Notes under the pieces: model-generated
The model's input: only the letters and a program-made list of their open reading frames with translations
What the model was told of the DNA's origin: nothing
Database searches by the model: none
In this document: piece after piece, positions 37,931 through 50,759 of the stretch
How positions within the stretch are numbered: the first letter of the stretch is position 1
Layout of the letters: every line of letters starts with the position of its first letter
Position numbers and translations under genes: made by a program
DNA from: Mobula hypostoma
Lineage: Eukaryota
Assembly (NCBI RefSeq): GCF_963921235.1
Contig: NC_086108.1
Location: forward strand, 59,770,001-59,834,000
Direction of reading: 5' to 3'
DNA: 64,000 bases

Positions 37931-39942
37931 GATCCAAAAGATTAAGTCAGTTAGATGTCCTTTAAGTATCATGTTCATGATCATATTGGTCTAAAGAATG
38001 GGGAACTAAAATGGATTCTGTCAGGTTTATTGTCACCATTGGCCTTTAGATTGTAGGACCAAACAGCGAGTTAATAATGGTAATCAAACACTTTATTATT
38101 AGTCTTTTTTTTTATCAATAATGATTAGCTATCTAATGGTTAGTTCAATACATCTTTGTAAACATGATTTTCTGTTAAGATAGCCTTCTATATGACTTCT
38201 AACACTTTTGTTTTAACAATACCTACCCATAGTCTATATTCAACTCTCCTGATTTGCTCCTCTTTATTTTCTAATTTCCTGAAGGCAGTGATTCTGCTGG
38301 GATTCTATGCCACAGATGTCAATGAGTCTCTTGTGTTTTATTAACCAGCCAATCTCTACAAGTGAACATCTGCAAGCTATTTGATTGCCTTCTTAGCATT
38401 TTGGCTTGTGGTAGACTATCATAATTAGTCAATGAAAAGCTACAGAGAGCTTCTTTTGCCTGCATTGTATACTGCAATCTTCCCTGGCTAACTGCAGTCC
38501 CATCAAGCATCCAAATGCACTGAGTTATATGAAGAAGTTGATCTCTGGTTGATCCTTTTTGCTCCCTAGTTGGTGACAGAGACAAACAGAAACAGCTCCA
38601 ACATTTCCTTAATCATATCGATTAATCAACACTGACCAGAGAAGGAATCTTAACCTTGTTACAGCACCGGAATAAGCATTACTCGCCGAGCCTTTGAGGA
38701 CGACCAACTTTTATCTTACATCCGTACTGTTGTTCTATGATCAATGAAAAATTTACTTTAGTCATTAATCTCAACTAGAACGCAAGTTGAAGCCCCAGTG
38801 ATCCGTAAGTCTTGCAGGACACAATACTTGTTGATGGTGATTCTCTATCTATATTGCTTCATTGGCTAAATACACCAACCTCTCACATGAAGATATAATT
38901 ACAAATGCTGTTTCCTTGGTGACTTGAATTTCTGTAAAGCCACTAAAAGTATGGAATAATAAGAAGTAAGTCATTTGCATTTTATGATAGCTCAGTATTG
39001 TTATGGAAGATGATAATTACTATGGAAATTCGTCATAAGGTGTCTAATTTAATAGCTCCCTCCGCTGAAGGTTGTAAGTATAACAAATAGTTTTTTTATA
39101 AATAGGGTAATATCAACTGGAAAATTTGAGATCAGCTATTTACATATGTTAAGATCCATTAGCAATGACTAACAATTTTTTACAAGTTCCTTCTGTGAGG
39201 TGATAGATAGTTTTATATTTCAAACACGTATCAGAATTATTTTAATGAGATTAGTTAATGAAAATAATCAAAAGTTATGAAACAGATCGTGGGTAAAATA
39301 CATTCAAAGCTGTAAGTTTTATATTGTCTCCATGTGAGTTCAACAACTTAGAGTAGTTATAAGCAATGCTTTTTTAATTGCACCAACAATTACTTACCTA
39401 ATTTTTCTTGTCATAACCATATTATTACTATGCCAAATTATGGTAAGGCATTTTGATAGAAGTGTTACAAAAACTGAACTGGGTAATAAAATTTGCTTTT
39501 ATACAAGTTCATTCAAGTTTTCATATCTAAAGCAGAATTGTTGATGCTCATTGAATGTAACAGATTATCATTTGCATTTGCAGATGACATGAGGTTGGCG
39601 GTCTTGTGGATAGTGTAGAAGATTGTTGTGGGTTACAATGGAATATTAGTTGGATGCAGAGTGGGGCTGAGAAGTGGCAGATGGATTTAACCCAGAAAAT
39701 TGTGGAGTGATTCAGCATGGAATGTCAAATTTGAAGGAAGGATACAGATTTAATTACAGGATTCTTAACAGTGTGGAGGAACAGAGAGATCTTGGAATCC
39801 ACATTTATAGATCCGACAAAATTGACATGCAAGTTGATAGGATTGTTATGAAGGCGTAAGGTGTGTTGGCCTTCATTGATCAAGGGATTGAGATCAAGAG
39901 CAGCTCTATAAAACCCTAGTCAGACTATACCTGGAATATTGT

Positions 39943-40119
39943 ATCACAAACATGAGAAAAGCTGCAAATGCCAGAAATTCAAAGCAACGACACAAAATGC
40001 AAGAGCAACTTCCTTTCTAGTGCTGATGAAGGGTCTCAACCTGAAATGTCGACTGTTTACTCTTTTCCATAGATACTGCCCGGCCTGCTGAGTTCCTCCA
40101 ACATTTTGTGTGTGTTGCT
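39943..40119. mobile_element. PLE-derived mini element with hammerhead core and 11-bp TSD
   Basis: TSD tggaatattgt at 39932-39942 and 40120-40130. Core CTGATGA-agg(gtctcaa)cct-GAAA-tgTC-gact at 40023-40054. Partial inverted ends (gcaac..cacaaaatg / cattttgtg..gttgc). Confidence 0.8.
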
Positions 40120-40319
40120 TGGAATATTGTGTTTAGTTCTAGTCACCTCTTTATAGGAAGGATGCAGAAGATTTAAAGAGGGTACAGAGGAGATTTACCA
40201 GGATGTTGCCGAGATCGAAAAGCTTTCTTATGAGGATAGGTTGAGTGAGTTGGAGCTTTCTTCTTTGGAGCAAAGAAAGTTGAGAGGTGACTTGATAGAG
40301 GTGTGCAAGATGACGAGAG

Positions 40320-40544
40320 CAGGGGTCCCCAACCTTTTTTGCACCGTGGACCAGTTTAATATTGACAATATTCTTGCGGACCGGCTGACGGGGGTGGGGG
40401 GGAGAGGGGTGTTCAAGTTCAACAGTGCATGACAGGGAATGAGGAAAGGTGCAGCTGACTCATATCATTTCATATCGCCAAATCATATTGTTTCCTTGTG
40501 GCCCGGTAGCACATGCTTTGCGGCCCAGTGGTTGGGGACCACTG
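40320..40544. mobile_element. hAT (Charlie-like) MITE
   Basis: TIRs caggggtccccaacc / ggttggggaccactg. 8-bp TSD gacgagag/gataagag (6 of 8 match). Confidence 0.85.
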
Positions 40545-41605
40545 GATAAGAGGCATAGATTTAATGGGCAGCCAGAGACTTATTTCCAGGGTAGAAATGG
40601 CTAATATGAGTGAGCATAATTTTAACGTGATTGGAGAGAAGTATACAGGGGATCTAGGAGATAAGTTTTTACACAGAGAGCAGTGGGTGCATGGAACACA
40701 CTGCTCAGGGTGGTGGTTAAGGCAGATACATTAGGGACATGTAAGTGACTCATATAGATAGGCCTTGGAATGATTGAAAAATGGAGGGCTATGTGAGAGG
40801 GAAGGTGTAGATTGATCATTAAGTAGGCTAATTGTTCAATATGACATCATAGACAAAAGGCTTCTCCTACACTGTAATGTTCGATGTTCTACATTCTATG
40901 CTTAATGCATTTAAAATGCTGGGGTAAAAGAGAAAGCAATCCTCCCACTCCACTCCCAAGAATTGTTTAGAATTGCAAAATGGTGAAAATAACAAAACAA
41001 TTATTAGCAAAGTAATTGTTTTCACTGCCTTACAAAGCAAAAAAACAATGTTTCTTTTGCTTTTGTCTTTATTTATTTGCCCTCCTAAGGAACTTGCCTT
41101 TAGCAAACCAGCAGGTATTTGAAGAACCAAGACTCAAAAACATATGAAGCCACAGGTTTTATGAGGGCCAGCCATATTATCTTTTAATCTATACTTTTGC
41201 TAGGCAGCATAATAAATCCAGTAACGTTTACTTGGACAATAATCATTCAACCACAAAAACTTAACGTTTTTAATGAAAGTACAGATGTAGTTTGACAGCT
41301 CAATTCAATAATAACAGTTTAGTGATATACAAATTAGTAGAATAATGCCAGGTCGAGCTGACATCATCATGTTACCATCTGTTTGCAAGACAGCAACATT
41401 TTCTGGCAGAGATTAAACTTCTGTCTTGAACTCCAGAGAGAATTTTGCATAACATGTTTCTGTCACTAGAGCAGCACAATGGACATATTTTTGTATTGAT
41501 AAAATTGAAAGATGCAGTCTGACATTTCCACCAACACTCAAACTGCAACTAAGTCAGTATGTTCTGCTGTGAATGCTGGTCAAATAAGCCTCTGAATAGT
41601 GGAGT

Positions 41606-42021
41606 AACACACATACACACGATGCTATTGAAACTAGATTGGTTTTTGATTGGACATGGCATGAAAGGTATTAGAGAGAAGGCCAGTAACTGGGGTTGGG
41701 AAGGAGAAAAAAGGTATGATCAGCCATGATTGAATGGCGGAGCAGACTCGATGGGACAGATGCCCTAAGTCTGCTCCTATGTCTTATGGTCTAACTCAGC
41801 AGGCCAAGCAGCAACTATGGAAAAAGAGTACAGTTAACACTGAGGGCTGAGGCCCATCATCAGGACTGGAGAAAAATATCTTCTTTTCTCCAGTCCTGAT
41901 GAAGGGTCTCAGCCCAAAACATCAGCTGTACTCTTTTCCATAGATGCTGCCTGGCTTGCTGAGTTACTCCAGCATTTTTTGCACGTTGCCTGGATTTCCA
42001 CCATTTGCAGATTTTCTCTTG
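41606..42021. mobile_element. PLE-derived mini fold-back (hammerhead cores decayed), interrupted by a CR1 3' tail at ~41637-41792
   Basis: Inverted arms at ~41793-41875 and ~41884-41965 (tcatcaggactggagaaaa / ttttctccagtcctgatga). CTGATGA is present, but GAAA is mutated in both arms. Confidence 0.75.
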
Positions 42022-42884
42022 AAATAGCAGAGTGCTGGGCCTTTGTGATGTCACTGACGTGTCAAAACAACCTCCCGTTTTCTATTATATGGTGAATGAA
42101 AGTTACATAATAATGCAACCCTCTCTCTGGCATGTGTAAGAAAGATTAGAATTAGGTTTGTATGGTGGAAGGTAGCAGACATATTATAGATTGTTTTAGA
42201 ATTGAATATAGAAAACCTGATGAAAGACATTGTTTATCCACTACATAACTTATTTTAAGTCAAATAATTTATTTAAAACTATGATGATTTATGGGAAAAG
42301 CTTAGATGCATAATGACTCAATAGAAGTAATACAATAAGTAACAATAGTGCTAGATATAATAGGGAACAATAATACCACACAATGCAAGCTACAGTGTTC
42401 TACTTTCTACAGTCAAAGATAAAATAAACTGTCGATACCATCTTATATATTGAATATATTTTGGGATACATTTTCTTCCATGATCCCATATAAAGTGGCA
42501 TATTTATGATGACAGATAGAGGGAAACTCAAGTGGCAAATTTGTCTTGCATACACTTCCTTCTTTCCTATGCTCAATAAAGGTACTGTTGGCATACCTAT
42601 CAAAGGAAAATAGGAAAAAAGGAGGATCCATAGGTTAAAAACTTTAAATCATAGTTCTCAGTTTTTAAGAAATTGGATCTGTGAAGGACTATCAAGTAGA
42701 GCTAATGAAACACATGGAAGACATTAAGTAGTGACTCAATAATGCGATCTCTTTGCATCAAATAAGTGAACAGATGATAGTTGATGAATGTAGAATGCAG
42801 TATTGTAAAATTACATTGTCTGGATATCAGAGGAGAAGGTGGTTTTCATAAAGGACAGCAGTAGATTACAGCTTAGGGCTTAGT

Positions 42885-43092
42885 CCCTGTACATCCTCCC
42901 CCTCGAATGCGTGGATTTTCTCTGGGTCCTCCAGAGTCCTGCCACAGTCCAAATATGTACTGGGTAGGTTACTTGGTCATTGTAAGTTGTCATGATTTTA
43001 GGTTAAGGTTAAAGTAGAGTTGCTAGGGGTTGTCGGGTGGTGTGGCTCAAAGGGCCTATTCTGTGCTGCACACTATCTCTAAATAAATAAAT
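42885..43092 (+). mobile_element. HE1-like V-SINE, 5'-truncated
   Basis: V-domain-like gcgtggattttctctgggt..ccacagtccaaa..ggtaggtta.ttggtcattgtaa, followed by a CR1-like tail (aagggcct..tgtgctg..ctaaataaataaa). Confidence 0.7.
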
Positions 43093-45224
43093 ACGTAATG
43101 GAGCACTGAACTTATGTGAAATGAGTGAGGCAGTGAGCAACCATTCAGATGTGCAGATGTAAGGATTCAAATGCATTGCCACCAGGAAAGAAAAATTACT
43201 TCTATGTCCATTTCACAAATATTTTTTGCCGCAGAACTATTCTAAACGAGCAACTGTTAGATGTGATAACTTCTCTTATTGTATCAAATATCAGTGAAGG
43301 TTGACCCAGCAATTTCCAAGCCCTTAAACCAAATGCTATAGGTATTCCACTCAGAATGGAGTGTAAGCATCTTTGGAAGAAGCACTTACTGCCCTTAAGG
43401 TCTTTGGCATGAGAAATCTATAGCAGATGGTACTTGCTGTTGCCATATGCTCCATAGTGCACACCGTGGCATCACAGTCATCATGTAAGGATGTCATATG
43501 TGCTCCTTTTAGACTTTTTCACCTGAGTTGTAATCAGTAGCTCTCTGTGCAGCAGGGATTCCAATAAAGCTCAAAAACATTCTTTATTTTAAAGGAGATC
43601 CTGTGAAATCTTGACACAAGACAGCTTCCCAATTTCTTCTCATGCATGAGCAACATGTGCTGTATGCTCATTTTGTGCAGATATGAGGTAATACAACAGC
43701 ATTATGGGGTTGACAGCTTGCAGACATTTTCTCTCTGATGTAAAGGACATGCAGTGGCTCCTTCCACTCTTTATATCTTCTCTGGGACTATCCTCGGTGA
43801 AGGACTTCAATAGCAATGAACTCTCCTGGGAAAGAGTGAAACTGCCATAAAATTTATCTTAAAAATTAAAATATGTGGCATTTCAAATGTACACAACTTT
43901 GAAGGAGTCAGTTTTTTTTAGATCTTTGTAAATATCACTGAAGGGACTCTGTAATACAGTAAAGGGACCTTTTAGAAATCAAATGTGAAAAAAATATACA
44001 GAACTGGACAAGAGGAAATAGCTACAAGAAGCATATTGTTCTTCAAGAAAGTCAAAATCATAGACTGAGATCTAAAGACTCAGTTACATTTGAATGTGAT
44101 ATTTTCAGTTGCAATGAATTTTGTCTGCTCTTATTTTAGGTCAAGAGAGCAATTTCCTGCCTCAGTGATAGAAAAACATGTCACTTTTTCACGTTTACAC
44201 TATCAGACTTCTTTCACCTAATCCTGAGCTGGAATGGTTAGGCATAACGACATGGCCCTGTTTAACCTTTTCATTGGAAACTGTGAAAAGCAGAGGAAAA
44301 GGAATTCATATTTTCAAAAGATAAGCAAAACTAATACTGATCGATAATTAAAGTTTAATAAAATTAATTTGCATAAATACGGTGAAATATGCAGCTTATC
44401 AATGAAAACAAATAATGTTTATTTGCAATTCTGACTAGAACATTGCAGACTCTATTTTAGTGCATTAGCTGTCAACTGCCTAAGCATTATTTCAAATGTA
44501 CTTTTGGCCAATTTCCACATTTTTGTAGTTGATCTAACTGGGTATTCGCACCATGCAAATTACATTTTTTACATCCCAAAAAATGGTTAAATCTGTTTTC
44601 TGAGCAGGGTTTGAAGGCAAATGGTTACATTGACCCCTCTGAAGGTCTCTATGCAATGTTTCAGACGATTATAACTTGCTCCAACTCATATTATACTGAC
44701 ACTGAGGGTAGCATTGGATCTTGTAACCCTGCCTTTTACCAATTGATACTGAGGAGAGGGTAAGAGTAACTGAGAAAAGGGTGTTGTTACCAAGGAGATG
44801 GCTAAATGAAAAGTCAATCAAGAGATCATGCTAGGAAACCAATGTAACTACCCAGAATTAATTTTGAAGTGTAATTGAGATAACAAGAGAACTTAATTCC
44901 ACGGTGGCTGAAACAGCTGATGAAAGATTAGAAGCAGAAACATGAAAGGTGGTAATTGGAAAGGTTTGAATTCTAGGAAAATCAGATATTGAAACTTTTT
45001 ATATTTTGTATGACTGATGAAAAGAAGAAAGAAAGGGACTTCAAGCAATTTTTTTTGGAAAACAAGAGCAGAGTTTTGGGTGTCTTTGCTCTAAGATAAC
45101 AAAATAAATTTGGGTGAAATTGTTTTTAAAATAGTCAGGCCAAGCCAAATGGTACAATTCTGTGCTGAATTAGAATCACATATACACTGTAGACTACAGT
45201 TTGATGCAAAACCAAACAGCATAA

Positions 45225-46858
45225 ATAGCTGTGATGCTTCACTCCCTGAAGAGCTCAACACCTTTTATGCATGATTTCAAAGGGAGAATATTCACATGCA
45301 CGAATCCCCACAACATCTGGCAACCCTGTGATCTCTGCCTCGAAGGCTAATGTCATAAACATCATTCAGGAGGGCGAGCTCTTGCAAGTCATCAGGTCCC
45401 AATGGTGTACCTGGCAGGATGCTGGAAACTTGTACTAATCAACAGGGTGTTTGTTTTTTCCACTAATGGTGAAAGAAAAGAGACAAAGTGAGTTCAAGGG
45501 ATGATTTTTTTTTGGAAAACAAGTGTTCAAGGACATCCTCAATCTCGCAGACCTGCAGTTGGAGGTTCCCACCTTCTTCCAAAGGGCATCAATCATAGCA
45601 GGGCCCAAGAAAACAGCAAGTTGAACTGCCTCAATGACTATCACCCGGTAGCACTCACATCTCCTATGATGAAGTGCTTTGGGAGGTTAATCATGACTAG
45701 AATTAACTACTGACTGAGCAGGAACCTGAACCTATTGCAATTTGCTTTCATCCACAACAAGTCTACAGAAGATGCAATCTCACTGGTTCTCTACCTGGCC
45801 TTGGATTATGTGGACAACAGCAATACCTAGTCAGGCTGCTATTTATTCTCAGCTCAGCTTTCAACACCATCAGCCCCTCATTACCAATAAACCAGTTTCA
45901 AGACTGGGCCTCCATATCTCTATCTGCAACTGGATCACTGCAGATTGGCAACAATATCTCCTCTTTGTTAGCAATCAATACATGTGCGTCTCAAGGATGT
46001 GTGCTTATCCCACTGCTCTGTTACCTCTTTATTCATGACTGTGTGTCTAGGCACACTTTCAATGCCAGCTATAAACTCACTGATGATATCACTGTTGTTA
46101 GAAGATTCTCAGATGGCGATGAGACATGAAATTGACTGGTTCTTTGAGTGGTGTCACAACAACACCCTTGCACTCAATGTCAGCAAGACCAACGGATTGA
46201 TTTTGGACTACAAGAAGGGGAAGTCACGAGAACACACACCAGTCCTCATGGAAGGGTCGGCAGTGGAAAGAGTGAGCAGTTTCAAGTTCCTGAGCATCAG
46301 CATCTCAGAAGATCTATCTTGGGTCCAACATATTGTTCCAATCATGAAGAAGGCATGCTAGTGATTATACTTCATTAGGAATTTGAGGAGATTTGGCATG
46401 CCACCAAGAACTCTCGCAAATTTCTACAGAGGTATCATTCTGGCTGGTTGCATCATCACCTGGTATGGAGAATCCAATGATGACGATCGAAAGAGGTTGC
46501 AGAGGTTTGTAGACTGAGCTCCATCATGGGCTGAGTCTACAAAGACTGAGGACATCTTCAAAACATGTTTCCTCAAGAAAGTGCCATCCATCATTAAAAA
46601 CCTTTGCTGACCGAGATATGCCCTTTTCTCATGACTACCATCTAGGAGGAGGTACAAGAGCCTGAAGAGCTGCTTTAGGATGAGCTTTCTCCCCTCTGCC
46701 ATCATGGTCCATGAACACTACCTCACTATTCCCCTTTCACACTATTTATTTATTTTATCGTAATTATAGTCATTGTATCGTAAAAATAATTACATCTTGC
46801 ACTGTACTGCTGCCAACAAAAACAACAAATTTCAGAAACATGTCATTCTGATTCTGAT
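45225..46858 (+). mobile_element. Decayed Rex1/Babar LINE
   Basis: CLNDYHPVALTSPMMKCF, LALNVSKT and RVSSFKFL motifs, with an (attctg)n tail. Confidence 0.85.
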
Positions 46859-47559
46859 ATATCATCTAGGAAGTGAAATCACCACAGAAATGATGAAATT
46901 TAGACTGTGAAAAAGAAAAGATTGCTTACCCCATCATTGAAATCTGGATATAAACCCTGACCCTCATAAACTGTTGAATGTTTGAAATGTAAAACGAAAT
47001 AGAAAATGTATAAAATTAAAGGAATGTAATTACAAAATTCAGCTCGACAGCATTCTTCCCTTTGGGTACAGAATTTACCGTGTTACAGCCTGTGTACACA
47101 TGTGAATATTTGTGTTGTAAGTTATGCCATACCTGCCACCACTTGGTAAAAGTATGAGCGCATGTCGAGCTAACATCCAAAGGAGTGTGCAGTGTTGCTG
47201 TACAATTGAATGCACTGTATATCCATTAACAAGAAGGACTCCCCCATAGCGCCATTTAAAACGATTATCAACTTCTTGTAGGTAAATTCTTGATTGATTT
47301 ATACTGGCACTTGCTATGATCTACCTGTATTTGATGCTTTCCAAAGCTCTTTAGAGCAGTTAAGATCTACGGGGAATTGTGTATCAAATGCTGAAAGAAT
47401 TTGTCTTCAAAGCTTTTGCACAGAATAGTTTCTCTCAGACATGGATACATTAGTAAGCATTCCCATCGGAACACAGCATGATTGGAAGAACGTGCAGAGG
47501 ACATGCAGAACAGAATGAATAACAAGGAAATAAAGAAGGGCTGTCAGCAGGATGCGTGC

Positions 47560-47895
47560 TGCACTCAGATCTTCAGTAATCGATTCTCCTATGAACAACT
47601 TGTGGACATCTGCAGTTCAGTAACGGCATTATCACTAACCTCTGCTACGAAGTGCAGCATACTTGTACCCTTGAAGCAGCATATGAAACACAATGGTCAC
47701 TGTGTTGATGAGCCTCTCAGCTTCAAGATCCTTCCAGGCAGGACATCATAATGAATGACAACTGGCTGTCCACTGCTGCATTAGGAAGGTCACTAATACA
47801 AGCTGTTTAAAGACAGGCATCAACATTTGATGAACTCTTGCAAGACCATCAAGCAGCTGTGAGGGAGGAAGAGGAGAAGGAGCAGGGGAGGAGCC
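47560..47895 (+). pseudogene. PIF/Harbinger (HARBI1-like) transposase fossil, internally deleted
   Basis: Manual translation LQFSNGIITNLCYEVQ and MVTVLMSLSASRSFQAG..QLAVHCCIRKVT resembles the Harbinger N-terminal HTH region. An acidic tail follows. Confidence 0.55.
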
Positions 47896-47928
47896 GACCC
47901 AGGTAACCCCGTTCCAACTACCGTAATA

Positions 47929-48265
47929 CCATAAAGTATAAAAGCAGAATTAGACCATTTGTCTCCTCCACCATTCAATCATGGCTGTCCATTCTTTAAC
48001 CCCATTCTCCAGCCCTTTTCCCCATAACCTTTACCAATCAAGTATCTATCAGCCTCTTCCTTAAATGTACTAAATGACGGCCTCCACAGCTCTCTGTGGC
48101 AATGAATTCCACAGATTTACCACCCTCTAGCTAAACAAATTCCTCTTCATCTCAGTTTTAAGGGGATGTATCTTTACTCTGAGGCAATGGCCTTGGATCC
48201 TAGACTCCCCTTTCAAAGGAAACATCTCCTCTATGTTCACTCTGTCCCATTCTTTCAGTATTCAG
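47929..48265 (-). mobile_element. CR1 3' fragment
   Basis: gcagaattag.ccatt 3' UTR and tgtggcaatgaattccacagatt.accacc. Confidence 0.8.
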
Positions 48266-49948
48266 ACTAAGCAGCCTATGAACAATCTGTCTGACTGGTG
48301 AACCATACTCTAAATACAATCCTAATTTCCCATTCACCACCTCACCCACATCTAAGTCTCACTCAATGGCTGACCATCTTAGAGTCTTCATGGTCATTTG
48401 CATGAAACGAAGACCAGCATAAGGAAATGAATGCCAACTGATCACCCTTGTGCATTCACGTGGCATCTGGCTTCCATGCACCTGCTCCTGTACCTCATTC
48501 CATGCAGTCCTATGGTGAGACCATTTTTATAGGAAGACTACTGACTTTCACTTGCAGAGGTAACACATTTTCATACAGGATTGCTCTGAGTAATTGTACT
48601 AGAAGGAATAACCATAAGACATAAGGCATAGGAGCAGAATTAGGCCATTTAGCCCATCAAGTCTGCTTCAAGCTGTTGCTAATTGGCATGAGTGAAGCAG
48701 TTTGGGCTGGCTGACTAACTGGAAACAAAAAGATCACTAGAAGTATCATGAGTGGTGTCAAATTGAAGGAGGATAGCAATTGTGTGCTCAATAGGTACAC
48801 TTTCCCTCCCCTGGAACAGTACCACAACATTTTTTTTATATAGTTCTAGTATTTCTAACCTATTTTTCCACCTTGTCATTGGAGGACAAAGTGTTATGCA
48901 TTGGCATTGGCTGCAAGAAAGTATGGTGGAAAGTGAGTCGTGGGGTTTTGCTGTATTCAGCCGTACCTCGGATCAATGATGTGGTTGGTGGGATTGGCTG
49001 TTTGGGTGGTTGTCCCTTTAAACATCTCGAAGCATGATGACACCAGGTGGAGCTTTTAGAGGGAAAACCTGAGCTTGCAAGGGAACAGGGTGAGCTTGTA
49101 AAACAGCAGTCTGAGATTACCCTACAAAACCTGAACACAGGAGGCTGAGACACTGACGATCAGACATTGCTTTTTGCTTGGGCTTGCAAGTGTTCTGAAG
49201 GAGTTGTGTGCTACTTCGCATTCAAGTCCAAGTTCAAGTTTATTGTCATCTGACTGTACATACATACAACCAAACGAAACAACATTTTTCTGGACCATGG
49301 TGCACCCACAATATACATATCACACACTGCACATAAGACAAAATGTTACCTCAAATGTGTTAATAAAATATAATTTAAAATGCAGCACAGGTAAACAGTA
49401 AACAGCTCGCTGTCCAAGTCATGAAGCCTCAGTGGTGCCAGGGTATTCACAGCCCGGGGGAAGAAGTTGTTACCCAGTCTGGCAGATTTAGTCCTGATGC
49501 TCCTATACCTCCTTCCTGATGGCAGTGGGTCAAAGAGATTGTGGGATGGATGCCAGGAATCCTCAATAATGCTTCGGGCCCTTCTTATACAACACTCCTA
49601 GTAAATGCCATACATACAGGGATAGCACTGAGATTCTCTTGACTGCTTTCCCTGTTCTCTGAAGTGCCTTGCAGCTTCTGACCCTCACAACGATGCAGCA
49701 AGACAGGACACCCTTGAAGTTGCTCCTGCAGAAAGTTGTTGGAACCTCTCAATCTCTGAGAAAGTGCCCACTCTGCCGTGCTTCTTTGATTCATGAGGAG
49801 GTCATCAGGGTGCAGGTTAGATCATCCATTATACACCAGGGAACTTCATGCTTTTCATTCTCTCAGTGTCTGAGTCATTGATGAGTAATGGAGAGTGGTC
49901 GCTCTGTGCCTTCCTGAAGTTAATAATCATCCCTTTTGTCTTGTCCAC

Positions 49949-50191
49949 TATTGTGTATTTAATGTTTGAGTAACATTGTGAATAGATTGTTTGATTAAGC
50001 ATTCTTTGATGTTTACATAATGCATTGTGGGTGATATGTAATAGTACATAAATGGCATGCGTCATTACATTGCCACTTCATACATGCACACCTCTCTTAA
50101 AGTAAAAATTATCTACAGTAAAATGTGTTCTCCTGGGCTCCCATCCTTTTCTTTCAATTAGCCTTATGTTTTAGAGCTACAAAACTTAGCA
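49949..50191. repeat. Short solo LTR (243 bp)
   Basis: t(a/g)ttgtg...ca ends with a perfect 5-bp TSD tccac at 49944-49948 and 50192-50196. Confidence 0.65.
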
Positions 50192-50759
50192 TCCACATTA
50201 AGACTCAGGAGGCAGAGAGGCATGTTAGATGCTGTGATCCACATGTACTTGAGTCTCAGTGTGGATCACAGCATCTAACAAGCCTCTCTGCCTCCTCTCT
50301 GTATGTCAATTCATCATTACTGCTGATGAGGCCAACCATTGATACATCATCGGTCAATTTGATGGTGTGGTGATGGTTTGATGGTAGATCTGGCAGTAAA
50401 GTTGAGTCAGCAGTGTGAACAGCCTTGGTGGGCATCAGTGCTCAACATGATGGAGCATGAGACGTTGCTGCCAACTCATACTGACTGGGGTCCGAGATCC
50501 AATTATAGAGAGGGGTGTTGAGTCCCAACGTGGACAGTTTACTCACCGGCCTCTGACAAATGATCATGTTAAGCACCAGGCTAAAGTTGATGAACAACAC
50601 CCGGCATATGAGGCATTGTTTTCTAGTTGGCACAGGACAGAGTGGAGGGCGAGGCATCATCTGTGGACCAGTCTGAAAGGCAGGTGAAGTGGAAAGGGTC
50701 CAATGTACTGAAAGGAGGAATTCTATATGATCCATTACCGGCTGCTGAAAGCACTTCAT

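Larger units (their letters stand above)
39575..40900 (+). mobile_element. Decayed CR1 3' portion with two nested inserts
   Basis: FADD remnant at ~39577, EEQRDLGIH, LEQRKLRGDLIEV, and a (ttcta) tail near 40890. Confidence 0.85.
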
